From Eledone cirrhosa (Eukaryota), in assembly GCA_964016885.1 (NCBI GenBank), contig OZ024740.1, forward strand, positions 36,332,001 through 36,396,000: a DNA stretch of 64,000 nucleotides, written 5' to 3'. Under the pieces are notes generated by a model. The model searched no databases. It worked only from the letters and a program-made list of their open reading frames with translations, and had not been told where the DNA came from. The translations under genes and the position numbers were made by a program. This document shows, piece by piece, positions 43,935-61,464 of this stretch. Each line of letters opens with the position of its first letter. Position 1 is the first letter of the stretch.

Positions 43935-46900
43935 ATGCAAAATCTTTGGAATGTTTTACATGTTTTTACTGTTCCATTGTACAGTGTTTTGGCCACTACA
44001 TCATGCCTCATAGGTAAATAGTATCGCGATGACATCTTTGGACAGCTGCTTATGACATGGGTGACATCTTCGATGTTAATTGTGCAGAGTCTGCACTTTT
44101 TTTCACATCTAGGTGTTTTGCCTGCATCGCTATCTCTTTTGTGAATCAGGTATTTCGTGTTGATTTCCTGTTCTTGGATTGCAAAAGCGTATCCTTCAAA
44201 GTGGGAGCCAATATAGCAGTCCAAGATAGACTACTTTGTTTATCTATATTATTCTCACTCTGGAGCTTCCTTGCAACATATCCATGTATGATTTTTTGCT
44301 GACAAGCCTGCAGTTTTTCATCCATGGATTCACTGCGGTGGGTGTGAGTTTTTGATTATCACACAGGGAATATCTTTCAAGGAGTCCCTTCCCAACTCTC
44401 ATGATCTTATCTGTTTCATGCAGATAGACTTGCTCGAGAGACGGGCTCCTACGCTTCGAGGTTCGTAGATGTTCTCGGAGGGATATGATGCGACATTCAA
44501 ATGCTGTCTGGACTGATGTTAGGCCTCTGCCTCCCTGCTTACGTTTCAAGTAGAGGCGGTCTATGTCACTGTTCATGTGGAAGTTTCCGATGTTGTTTAG
44601 TATTTTTCGAGTCCTAACATCAATTGCTCGGGTTTCGTCTATCGTCCAATCGAGTATTTCAAACGTTGGTGTTAGGACAGGCACAGCAAACACATTCTGA
44701 GCCACTGTTTTATTGTGCGCAGAGAGTTCCGATGACCATGTTTTTCTTAATCAGCTGTAATATTCCCTGGTTACGCGTTCCTTATTACAGATACCATTAT
44801 AGGATATGTTCTCATCTATCACCGGGTATCTGTAGCAGTCTTCATCAGATATCAGTGAAACAGTTAGGCCATTGATGACAATGTTGCTAGATTGGGTTGT
44901 TGTTTTTCCCCGCTTTACAGTCATATATGAACATTTATCTTGGCCAAACTCCATTCCTATATCATTTGAGAATGTTGTAACCAGGTCAATATTTTTCTTC
45001 ATCCTATCTATGTTCTTGACATAGAGTTTCAGATCATCCACAAAGAAATTATGGGTTAGGTTCGTATTTCTGTCCTCCTGTGAGCCAATGATGTATCCTT
45101 CACATTTCTTGAGCAGAAAGGACAAGGGGTTTAATGACAGGATAAATAGTATCACAGAGAGACTGTCTACTTGAAATATACCCCTGTGATATTATATTTT
45201 ATTAGTGAAAATAGAGTCCTCCTTCTCTGTTTTTAACTTTAGAATAGTAGCCCAAGAAGAAGACAGCTTCTCTATGGTTCTGATAATAATGTCTGGGATT
45301 TAGCAAGTCGGAGGGCCTCTATCATCCAAGATTGGGGAACAGAATCGAAAGCTTTCCTGTAGTCCAGCCAGACTGTAGCCATATTCCTCCTAAGTTGTCG
45401 CACTTCCGACATCGCAGTTTTGTTGATTAGGAGTTGTTTAGCACACACCCAAATCCTTTTCTTTCCAGCTGCTTGTTCATCTGTGATGATGTTATTATTT
45501 TCAAAGTGATCTTGGAGGAATAGATTCTGTATACATCTTGTACATCAGGTTCTGGCATGCAATGGGTCTGTAGTTTTTTGCCAAGTGGGTGTCTTTGTTC
45601 TTGGGGACCAGTATTATTTGTGCTAATGTGAACCATTCTGGTATAAGTGTATTTCCTTTGAGAACTTGTTGGTAGAGGTCAGTAAGATACCTCCGATAGA
45701 ATATCAGTTTTTTTGTACCAGTAGCCGACAATCATGTCTCTTCCTGGTGTTTTTTGTCTTGGAGCTTTCCTATCACAGTCTTAAGGGTATCCTCACTTAT
45801 TTCGTATGTTTTTGTTGTAGTGTAGGAGCAATAGTTCTTTTGGAGTTCTTTTAGCCACACTGCATCTTGGTTGAAATTCTTCTTTTTACCCCACATTTTT
45901 CTCCAAAAGGAACCTATGTCTTTCAGTGACACTTATTATTTTGCCTTTCATATCTCTATAGATTGATGTTTGGTTTCGTCTGAATCTTTTATTAAGCACT
46001 TTTCTTTTCATCTACCTTCTTCAGGCATCGGCGTTTCTCGCGGACAGCTCTCAATTCTTGTTTGAGGGTGATCAGCTTATATTGAAGAGTTCTGGTTCTA
46101 CTGTTACCAAACATCGTTTCTATTTTATTTTTCACTCTTTGTTGATGAGGAGTGAAATTTTTTGTTTTTGTTTGCATGTAAGGAACATTGTCACATATCC
46201 TATGGTTTTTGGTAGGTCAGCACTCTTTTTTTCTATTTTAGTTATATATGATGGTATTTTTGGTGGTGTTTTGTTCTTGTTAATATCTCTGCTATCACGA
46301 AGATAATGCTTCACTGTCGTTGATAAGGAATATAAACAGGCGTTGATTTGCCAAAATGTTGGGGTTTTAATCCGTCGTAAATATTCATCCCCTATTTTGT
46401 CAATAACGTAATATTTCATTATTTGTTTTTTTTATTTAGTATTGTTGTTTTAATACGTTCAGCAAGAGAAATGTTTATACATGAATTAAATTCTCTCTGG
46501 AAGATTTCGTTGAGGGAAATTTTCAATTGTTTATACTTTTGATTATTATTATTATCGATAGTATTTTCCACAACAGTTGAGTTAAACTCGGATGGTAGAC
46601 GCGGTGTCAAATTTCTTCGATTATTATTATTACCGATAGTGTTTTCCCCAGCATTCGTGGTAGACTTAGATGGTACAGGTGGTGTCAAGTTTCTTACAGA
46701 CACAGTTGTTTCAAGGCACTGTTCGACCTGGCTGCTAGACAGTCTAGTAGCATGGTGACCTGTATCACGTTTTGTTGATTCTATGTTTGTTCGGGGGGGA
46801 CTTACAATTAATAATATTTATCTTATGTTTACCTTCTACAAACGTCGCTTGTTGGCGTAATTGTTTCGCTGTGAAGTTATTTAGCTCTGGGTGTATTTCG

Positions 46901-47160
46901 TTCCAGTGTAGTTTCATTATGTTCATATAGCCAACGGAGAGATTTTTTTTGGCATTTTATAACAAGTAGATAAATCATCATTAAGTTCGCGACTCCAAAA
47001 GAAAGGCAATTTATACTTTCGGCTTCTTCTGTAGCTACAACTGAATACATTTTTTTTACCTTTCTTGTTGTTTTTCTTCAGTACTTCCTTAATGTTGTTG
47101 ATGATGTTGTGTTCAGCCATGCTGTTTGTAGCAAATCCTTGTAAAATGAATTATGTATTT
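43935..47160 (-). mobile_element. R4/Dong-like REL-class non-LTR retrotransposon, frameshifted and 3'-truncated
   Basis: NYRPIAC, WLDYRKAFDSVP, THNFFVDDLKLY, GMEFGQDKC, LYLKRKQGGRGL, FAIQEQ, CCHC knuckle CRLC..HVISSC and RHD. N-terminal WSRELNDDLSTCY. Confidence 0.88.
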
Positions 47161-47881
47161 AGTCGGATATCTCTAAGAATAAAAGGTGTCTTCATAAGAA
47201 TACCCAGTTATCCAACATGACTGGTAGCTGTGGCATTACTGTCAGAGATACTATTCATCTTAAATTTAATGAATAGTCTCTCACGCCAAAATGTGCGACT
47301 GATCGCGTTGACTGACTGTATGTATGTATGTATGTATGTATGTATGTATGTATGTATGTATGTATGTATGTATGTATGTATGTATGTATGTTATGACAGG
47401 TCACTCATGAGTGCTACTGGTAACATGTAACCCAGTACAACCTGTCGAATTGTTAGGTCGTCGGCGACTAAACCGGCAACCCCACCAAATTTACTTGGTG
47501 AGAAGGGTGATTTTGGACCATATAGGATAAAAAACAAAACCTGACAAAAGACAGAAGAACTTATAAGAGTCAACAGCCATAAAAAAATGTTTAAATATGT
47601 ATATACATGTATGCATGCGTATGTATATGCTCAGATACATAAAAATAGTCGGGCTGTATAGCCGATCGCGCGTTTAAACCACTGGGAGTGAAGGACCCCT
47701 AGCCTTGTTCAGGGCATTATTCTAGGAGAAGACAACTCAGGAAAATGGGATAACTCCGGCATAAACCTGCGGCTTTTTTTTAGTACTTTACTGACTGTGG
47801 TTACCTCCGACTCAACCCGGAATAACTTATATAAATATATATATATATTTAAAAGAATAGAGGTGTAACAAACGAGTTATG

Positions 47882-49632
47882 ATATATTGGTAAAAGGAAA
47901 AGAAAATGCTGACAAATTGTTCCTAGTGAAAAATAGTTTAATTAGGAATAAGTAAAAATTAGTAATAGTATTGGTTAGTATTCAGTTTTGGTTTTAAGTT
48001 TTACCGGTTGCGCATTTCTAATGATTTTCAAAAATAATTTTGAGATAGAGCGCCCATGATGTTTGCTCTAATCTGATTAGTTTTGGAAATTCTACCTGCA
48101 ATATCTTCCTTTCAACTCTTGCCACCCTAGGCACGTTAAAATTAATATTCCCTACAACTTAGACAAGAGAATCTGTACTATAGTCTCCAATAAAAACACC
48201 TGTTACTTACGGCTACAAGAACTAAAGGACACACTCATAGACAGGGACTACCCTGCATCACTAATTGACAATGGAATCCAACGTGCCCTAAAACTCAGTA
48301 CCCAGGACCTTAGACACCCTAAAGTAAATCAACCAAACTAAAAGCTCTTCCATACATCCCCACACACAACCCTCTCAACAATGAGGCCTTTGATACCATC
48401 GTCCAGAACATCCCTATGTTAAAAAAGAACCATAGAATGAACCAAATCCTACGAACACACGATATTATAAAGAGAAAAAGACAATCTAAGTCAATGAAAA
48501 ACATCCTAACACATGCCAAAGTACTGCCAACCACAACAACGAAACCCACAGTAAAAAAATGCTATAGACCCAACTGTGGCATATGCATCAACCTAATAGA
48601 GGGTTCGGAATTCTATTTCAAAGAAGGACAACGTTTTATAGTAAAACACAATTTCACATGTGCATCAGAAAATCTAATATATGTATTAACTTGCTCAGGT
48701 TGTCGAGAACAATACATAGGCCAGACCAAAATAGCCTCCGCCAACGCATGACTGTCCATAGATCCCAAATTAAAATACGGGAATACAGGAAAATACCACT
48801 GAATGAACACATTGATACCTGTGCCGCCCAAAATCATCCCAACTTCAGAATCTTTCCCCTCTACAAATTTAAAGATAATGCCACCCACACCCAGCGCATC
48901 AGCAAGGAATCTCACTTTATTAACAAATACGGGCCCCATCTAAACACTTCTCCTTAAGACGAACCCACAACATACACACGTCAACATACATACCTACATC
49001 AGCATACATCCTACATACATCTCTATCCACATATAAACACAACGACATACGTAAACACACATGTTCTATGGTGCAACACAAATATACACAAATTTGCATA
49101 CCTTTTGATGTCTATAGATATAAACGTGCCGACACACACATACATATACGCACACATGCATTGCACACTGATGGGCACATACATATTTGTACACAAGTAT
49201 TCCAATACGGCAAGGCCTAATGGATTCCCCTTGCAGTACGTACAATCTGGAAACTCACACACACATTGGTCTTATGCCAATACTATATATCATTTCACAC
49301 CTTTTATTATTAAGGTTTTTGATGTTCTATTGAGAGAATCGTTTTTACTGAAAATATCGAATAATGTACACCATTTTTACCAGTATCACAAAAATATGGT
49401 CCACCCACACACACACACACACACATTCTCTCTCACACACACAAACACATATATATACACACACACATACACACGCGTACATTAACATACAAAGAGATAT
49501 ATACACACACACACACACACATACTTCTCCGTATAAGACGAGCTGAAAAATATCTTTTAACATGTTAAAATATCGCCCACACACGTACAGACACATTCCT
49601 ACTGGCCGATCCCTCTACCACGAATTACTCTG

Positions 49633-49666
<34 letters not shown>

Positions 49667-50048
49667 TTGTCTTGAAAGAGTTATTTTTCAGTGACTTCTC
49701 AATCAGCCGAGACAAACCTACATTTGACGCAAAATAAATTTTTAATATTCACATGACCTCTACCGACCAATCAAAATTGTTATGACCACAAGAATTTTTT
49801 CATACATCTGGAGCCACTTTTTTTTACATAAAACAGGTAGAATTTCCAAAACTAATCAGATTAGACCAAACATCACGGGCGCTCTATTTCAAAATCATTT
49901 TTGGAAAGCATTAGAAATGCGCAACCGGTAAAATTTAAAACCAAAACTGAATACTAACCAATACTATTACTCATTTTTACTTATTCCTAATTAAACTATT
50001 TTTCACTGGGAACAATTTGTCAGCAATTTCTTTTCCTTTTACCAATAT
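47882..50048 (+). mobile_element. 5'-truncated Penelope-like element with inverted 5' pseudo-LTR
   Basis: 47882-48098 is the reverse complement of about 49833-50048. Thumb motif QYLPFNSCHP and GIY-YIG CYRPNCGIC..NLIYVLTCSGCREQYIGQT. Related to 15790-17772. Confidence 0.92.
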
Positions 50049-50210
50049 ATATATATATATACACATATATATATTATATTTAGAGTATACACTCAAAGAG
50101 TCATTTACAATTGATTAGCTCAAAGAAAGAAGCATTTCTGAGCCGTGTAATACAAGTTAATATAAATTAATATATGATAAACACCTAAGTGTTTGTATTG
50201 TATATATATG

Positions 50211-54258
<4,048 letters not shown>

Positions 54259-54293
54259 TATATACATATATATGTATATATACATATATATAT

Positions 54294-54385
<92 letters not shown>

Positions 54386-55324
54386 GATATTAAACAAATG
54401 GCAAAGAACGGGAAAAAAGGAATATTATACGTCATTAATAGGAGCGGTGAAAAACAATTACACGCAAAGACAGAACCACGTTTATGGTATAAAAGAAGTC
54501 GTAGACTAATGTTCTCTTAGGTGGTTCATAGAGACGTTCTCTGGCAATGAACGGAAAAAACGAAGATAATACGTCATATGTGGACTGTCGAGAACAATTG
54601 CACGCAAAGACAAAACCACGTAAATGGTATAGCTGAAGCCGTAGACTAAAATTCTAACTAGGAAACCGAATGATTCTCGGCTTCAGAGTTAAGAATAAAG
54701 TAAATAAAATACAGAGGTAAATGAAATTAAATAAATACATACACGCATTTCCCGTTCTTTGCCAGAGAACGTTTCCATGAACCAAAGTATCGTTTTCCTG
54801 TCTTCCTCCGGTTGCAACGTTTTTTGAAATATCCACTTCTGCGTTTACAGATTGACTTTGTTATTTTCAGAAGATCCCGTTAAGGGTGAAAGCAGCGATT
54901 CTTTGCTTAAACTTTAATCTGTTATTTTAATAAATATTTGCTCTACGGTTCTTATATATTTGATATATATTTATCCTTATCGAGCCCTCTTTGGATTTTA
55001 GTCTTCAAATTTATTATTATCTATCTATATATATATATAGATAATTTAATATATCAACTAACATAAGCGCACTTGTCAAAACCACTTCTAAAAAAATTTT
55101 TTTTTGGGGTGTTAGTAGGCGTCAGTCATCTTACCATCCCATTCCTTCTAACTAGCCTCTGTGTCACGTGATTGATTCTTTAGAATCGGCCATTTGACTT
55201 GAAGCAGTGAGAATTTCGGTACATAGAATCCAGTCCTCGCAAGCTGTTCGATCTACCGAATTATTATTATTTTTATATGAGCCGCCAGTGTCCGCGCATT
55301 GCCTGGAGACTTAACTGAGAATAG

Positions 55325-55406
55325 ACTCCCTGATGACGCAATGAATTCTCGACAGTTGGATTACGTAACTGTCTTTATCCCATTGCAGAAACTAATTAGT
55401 TGGAGT
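55325..55406 (+). ncRNA. Type I hammerhead, copy 1
   Basis: actcc CTGATGA c-gcaatg..cattgc-a GAAA ctaattag TT ggagt. Confidence 0.8.
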
Positions 55407-55882
55407 GAAAATTTAAGTAAGTAAAAAATTTTTTTAAAATTTTTTTTAAAAAAATATTTTCTTATTTTACGTCCTTTATATTATTGTTCTGCATTCTCCT
55501 GCATTGAACCACCTAGGTACTATGACATAACCTGTGTATTTGCTGGCATGGGCGTGCATCTGTGCGCTTATGTTAGTTGATATATTAAATTATCTATATT
55601 TATCTCCAAATCACTGATTTGTCGAGCAAACTTGTCAAAACCACTTCTAAAAAAATTTTTTTTGGGGTGTTAGTAGGCGTCAGTCATCTTACCATCCCAT
55701 TCCTTCTAACTAGCCTCTGTGTCACGTGATTGATTCTTTAGAATCGGCCATTTGACTTGAAGCAGTGAGAATTTCGGTACATAGAATCCAGTCCTCGCAA
55801 GCTGTTCGATCTACCGAATTATTATTATTTTTATATGAGCCGCCAGTGTCCGCGCATTGCCTGGAGACTTAACTGAGAATAG

Positions 55883-55964
55883 ACTCCCTGATGACGCAAT
55901 GAATTCTCGACAGTTGGATTACGTAACTGTCTTTATCCCATTGCAGAAACTAATTAGTTGGAGT
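55883..55964 (+). ncRNA. Type I hammerhead, copy 2
   Basis: Same sequence as 55325-55406. Confidence 0.8.
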
Positions 55965-56030
55965 GAAAATTTAAGTAAGTAAAAAATTTTTTTAAAATTT
56001 TTTTTAAAAAATTTTTTCTTATTTTACGTC

Positions 56031-56072
<42 letters not shown>

Positions 56073-56110
56073 GTATATGCGCGTGTGTATGTATACACAC
56101 ATACATTTTA

Positions 56111-56163
<53 letters not shown>

Positions 56164-56325
56164 TATATATATATATATATAGATATATATATATATATAT
56201 TAGATGTGGAATTGACATGTGTTTCATCATAGGGGCGTACTTGAAAGAATATATATGTTTATGTATAATAAACATATGTGAGTCTCGTTATGAATTTGTT
56301 TAAGGCACCTATCTCAGCGTTGAGA

Positions 56326-56370
56326 ATGCCAGACAGCTGTTTCTGGATTTTTATCTGTCATCAGTGACAT
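56326..56370 (-). ncRNA. Minimal type I hammerhead motif
   Basis: Minus strand reads atgtca CTGATGA ca-gat-aaaa-atc-ca GAAA cagctg TC tggcat. GUC site and palindromic CAGCTG. Confidence 0.75.
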
Positions 56371-56949
56371 TTATTCACTCGTTACTGAGACAAGAATAGG
56401 CTAAAGCCTATGTGGCTTTTGCATATGAAACATCGGTTGGAGATACTAATTTGCATAGAGTGCGAACTTGAGTGCGAGTCTCTTATGTTTATTATGCATA
56501 ACCATATTGTATATGCTTTCATGTGCGTACTAATGATGAACTATGCTATGTTAGTGCCACTTTTAATTACGTCTAACCAGTAGAGACCCTATTCCCAATA
56601 CTGGAGGGCCATGGAGTCTCCGACTACAGCCTGTATTTCGAAACCAAGCCAATAAAATCCTGAAGGGCATGTGAATGGAGTGTCCGTACAACCCCATATC
56701 TCCAGATCAATCAACACAAATGTTTGTTTCTAAAAAATCAAAGTTAGAAATATTTTGTCATAGACAGTGGAACCACTTTACTGCAAGTACAGCAATGTCG
56801 GTTAATCAATCGATAATGTGACCGACTGAAAATTATGTTCTTTGATTCAACAATTTGTAATTCTCTTGGTATATACCAGAATGCACTAAATATATTAACT
56901 TATATTATAGAAACATGAAGTGTTCTTGATTTTGTAGATCTGTCTCTGT

Positions 56950-58000
56950 GTTGTAGAGATGGCTGGGTGTGTAGTGGCAACAGACTTTGGTCCGCCATGT
57001 ATATAGTTTTTGTGCAGCCTGTGCGAAGAATGAATTTTGTATTCTTTTGTAGTTTATTGTAATTTATTTGTGAAAATATTTAGGTATCAGCAAGACTGGT
57101 TTAACTCCTCTTATATCTAATTCAGTGTTTATACGTTAATGTTCTGTTTTTGTCTAAGCCAAATATGGCACTGTGAGAGCTCTTTGGCTGTTTGTGTGTC
57201 TTTGTTTTACTGGCTTTCATATATGATATAAATGTTGTAAATTTTACTAGTTTCTTCTTCTATATGTGACATAAATGTAGATTGTATTATCTTCTATATG
57301 TTATATAAACACTGTAGGTTTTCTGGCTTCCATGTTTGATATATGTCGGATATATCTGATCCAAATGTTGTAGGTTTTACTGGCTTCCACATGTGATATA
57401 AATTTGGATTTTATTGTCTTCTGTGTAAGGTATAAATGTTGTAGGTGTAGGTATTTTATAGAATTTTCTTCTTCTCTCTGTGTGGTATATTTATGTTGTT
57501 GAGTGGTGTTGCTTGTTAGAAATGAGATGGTGAGTCGGTAAATGCTAACGTATAATTTATTTGTAGAAACAAATTTCCAGTTGTTATACACGTATTTGAA
57601 GTAGCAGCTTATGTATGTAAGGAATGGTTGGAAGAGATAGTTGTGATGTCATTTACACATGAAATTGTATATAAATTTGATGAAGCTAAACAGATTAGGG
57701 GAAAAGAAAATCCTTGCAGTACGCTTCTTTTCGAGAATTCGCAGGTTCTATATTGCATGTTGTTATTGTGTTGAGATAGTTCTCAGTCAGGTGTTTGGGC
57801 TGATTTTAAGGGGTCTTTTAGTATTTTGTTTAGAAGTGGCTAGATTAGAACGGAACCACTTCAAAATCTTTTTTTCGTTGTTGTTAAGTGTGTATGGCGG
57901 CGAAAATTATGTATTTTTGTAAGGTCTGAAACCAGTGCGATAGGTTATTTGCTATTTATTTTCTTAATGTTTTAATCAGGTCAGAGAAGGAAGAGTAGCG
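56950..58000 (-). mobile_element. Heavily decayed LINE reverse transcriptase (clade not assigned)
   Basis: Colinear remnants ILKWFRSNL, SVLQGFS, SCVNDITTI (YADD-like) and KLQRIQN, translated by eye across broken frames. Confidence 0.55.
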
Positions 58001-58029
58001 TTGATGACATTTTTCTCAGCTTCCCTGAT

Positions 58030-58225
58030 TAGTGGATAAAAGGCGGAAGATATCCACTTAATTCGATCCAACTTCCGTGTTTGTTGAAAAGAAGGCGGAA
58101 GATATCCACTGATTCAATCCAACTTCCGTGTTTGGTGAAAAAAAGGCGGAAGATACACGCTGATTAAATCCAACTTCCGTGATTGGTGGAAAGAAATGCG
58201 GAAGTTAACATTTGATTTGATCCAA
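58030..58225. repeat. Minisatellite of about 51 bp, 3-4 units
   Basis: aaggcggaagatatccact..atccaacttccgtg repeated. Confidence 0.8.
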
Positions 58226-59011
58226 GCTTGTATGCTTGAAACAGAATGTGCTCCGCTAAAGCAATAAATGTTGGTGGATGAAAATATTTCCTTCGTGTTA
58301 TGGGCAGATTTTTGATTTTGATAGTCCCGCGACAGATCTAGCAAGCCGGCGATAGATAATTAAAAAAATTGCTAACAAAACAAACATAAGACCTTGTTCT
58401 GGAGAAACCTCTGGGCTGATGGGCCATACATACCTGCTGTGGGATGACGATAAAAATAGCCTCGGAAGCTTTTGATATTTAAGATTTCACCATCACTTTC
58501 CTGGTGATTTGTATACAACAAAAGGTTGAGGCCTGTATTTTTGTGCTTCTATCTTCTTTCTATGATTTATGGTGGCTGGTTTTGGAAGTGCTTAATAAGG
58601 AAGTTTACCTAGTGTTGTTATGTGTGTGCGTTATTTAAGTTCCTCTTATTAAATGTGATATGATGTGGCTGTTAGAGTTGTTAACTCTACAAATTACTAT
58701 GTTATGATGTGGCACAGATTTTTAGATTTGGGGAATGCTCTACTGATTTTTTATATTTTTTAGAATATGGTTTGTGGTATCTATGTTGCTAGATGTGTTG
58801 TTGTTGAATTCTGTGAACTGTTGGAGAAAGTGATTCTAACAAACTGGTTTTAGGTTTGTGAGTTGCGATTAAGAGGGGTAGTTAGTCGCAGAAGTGTTCT
58901 TTGTAATGTTATGGTAACTAGGGGCGTGAAATAAAACATGAATTCCAGAAAGAAATTAGTACAATTAGCTTTATGATTTATGTTGATGTTTGTATTGGCT
59001 GATATATATAT

Positions 59012-60134
59012 ACTAGACCTGAAAAATGCGCAAGCTCAAAAGAGCCACAGAATATTATAATAAACCTTAAAAAGTGTGGGACTAGAGTTGTTGCTCAAAA
59101 ATATTGTAATCATTATCTATCGTACACTCTGTGGCATCGTTTTATAAAAAAGAGACTCATAACGAACTCAAGACGACACTATAATTATTTAAGTGAATTT
59201 ATAATATAGAATTCGGTTTAAGTGCATTTCGTATTAATCATTACTAAATATCTAATATAAGATATTGAACATTAGCTTAAATAATTATCGTGTCGTTTTG
59301 AGTTCGTTATGAGTCTCTTTTTTTATAAAAGGATGCCACAGAGTGTACGATAGATAATGATTACAATATTTTTGAGCAACAACTCTAGTCCCACACTTTT
59401 GAAGGTTTATTATAACATTCTGTGGCTCTTTTGAGCTTGCGCATTTTTCAGGTCTAGTTTAATTTTTTTTAAGGCAACGTTTGCAATAACTCTAGTTAAA
59501 CATGATATATATTAATAATAAATTATCGTTGTAATGTAATTAGATTATATAATTTTTATTTTATAAATGATCTTATAAATATTATTGTAAGATGTATAAA
59601 AATATTTTCAGATTTTTAATATAAACAACTACAAAAAACAATCAATATTAAATAAATATATTTTACATAATAATTGTTATAGTTGAATTAATAAAAATTA
59701 AATATTACATACAAATAGTCTAACATAATAATAAAAAAATAATCTAACATAATAATAATAAAATAATCTAACATAAAACGAACAATAATATGGATAAATA
59801 TACAAGTAAATATGATACAACCAATATTATAAGCATGTTATAACGAACTGAAAAAAAAAATAGTTAATATAAATTAAAAAAATCATATATAAATTAACAA
59901 TATAACTTACCAAAACGAGAAATATATTTTGACGATAAAACGGAGGGAGATTCGATAAAACAGGAGGAAGATTCGAAAGTGAAACGATAAATAAACGTGT
60001 AAACAAAGTGGCGGATGCTTTTGAGCAACAATTACTCTCATTGGTTGATTAGCCAATAAGGCGATGAAATTAGCCAATAAGACGATACATTACAAAATAT
60101 GTTTGGCAGGGATCACCACGGCCAGTGAACCCCT
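59012..60134. mobile_element. Fold-back element family F, apparently complete copy
   Basis: Palindrome 59012-59458, AT-rich body and an imperfect terminal hairpin gggatcac/gtgaaccc at 60109-60132. The right boundary is inferred. Confidence 0.7.
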
Positions 60135-60295
60135 TGAATTTTTTTATTCACAAGCTACGCATATATGTCAGACATGCAGACTTAAAACATTCTGTTGTTA
60201 GTCACTGCGTGTCTAACAGATATGATAAAGTTCTACCTGTATAAATACGTGTGTAGCCGAGACTGCATCAACGTGTATTAATATATGCACCCCTT

Positions 60296-60368
<73 letters not shown>

Positions 60369-60543
60369 TGATATGAAATCGTGTGTTGAAACAAATATTG
60401 TTATAATATTGCCATAAATAATAATAGGCCACACTCACTGTTTGGTTTGGGTTGGTTTTCCCTTCTGTGCCTTTTATATCTCCATAGTTAATTTATCTGG
60501 CCATCAATGTTTATCATTGATTGACCAACGGGAAGAAACATAA

Positions 60544-60595
60544 TAGTACCACTGATGATATCACAGATTTGTGACGAAAGAACTTTAATATACTA
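60544..60595 (+). ncRNA. Decayed hammerhead motif
   Basis: CTGATGA ta-tcac..gtga-c GAAA gaac TT, with stem I poorly paired. Lies in a repeat with an inverted copy (60510-60530 and 60637-60660) and a homolog at 62570-62720. Confidence 0.45.
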
Positions 60596-60664
60596 TATAT
60601 CTATATCTATATCTATATTTATATCTGTATTTTTAGCCGTTGGTCAATCAATGATAAACACACA

Positions 60665-60722
<58 letters not shown>

Positions 60723-61464
60723 ATATATATATATATATATGAAAAAGTGAGTCCTTCATCAGTGACCCTCCAACTGTCCTGGGCATTTCATCGCTTTAAG
60801 GGCCATATGCCTCAGGTTGGTGCGAACAACGGCTAAAAGAAGTCGTTGGCACACGTAAACAAAGGGGACGCCAGGGTAACAACAAAAAAGTTTTAGCAAC
60901 GGAAAGTGAGTAGAAATAGACAAGTCCCAGATCTCTATGAATATAAACTCTGTGAAATCGTGAACAAGAGAGAAAAGTTAATATAAATTAATATATATGA
61001 TAAACACTAATACAATCATATAAGTGTTTGTATTGCAAATGACCAAGTTAGCTAGATTGAAAAATACTAATTAGATTAATACAATTTGCCTGTCTCGATT
61101 TAAAATAATAAATCAATAAAAACAAACCCATATTGGCAATAGCCGTGGTACCTGGACAAATTTAAATTTCAAAATCCAAACCTGTTCCGTAGATAAGTTT
61201 AAACTTCAAAACCCAAATAAGTTTCGATAATTGAAAAAGTGAAAAATTCCATTTTCTGTTCTCATCAGCAGGCACCCAGAAAAATTGATATGTTTCACCT
61301 CGAAATATTTAGGAGGACTGATAGACGCACATGGTTTCTCAGCTTCTAGCTACCCCATACTCGTGCTGCTAGAAATAACAGCCGTTTTTTGGGGGGACTA
61401 AAATTTAGCTCAACAAAAGGAGCCGTTAATACTATTAACTTGTATATATATATATATATATTTC

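Larger units (their letters stand above)
55035..56037 (+). mobile_element. Non-coding tandem repeat of about 558-bp period with two hammerheads (retrozyme or pLTR-like)
   Basis: 55071-55480 is nearly identical to 55630-56037. A short inverted 5' piece at 55035-55072 matches 55562-55599. Flanked by (TA)n. Confidence 0.85.
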
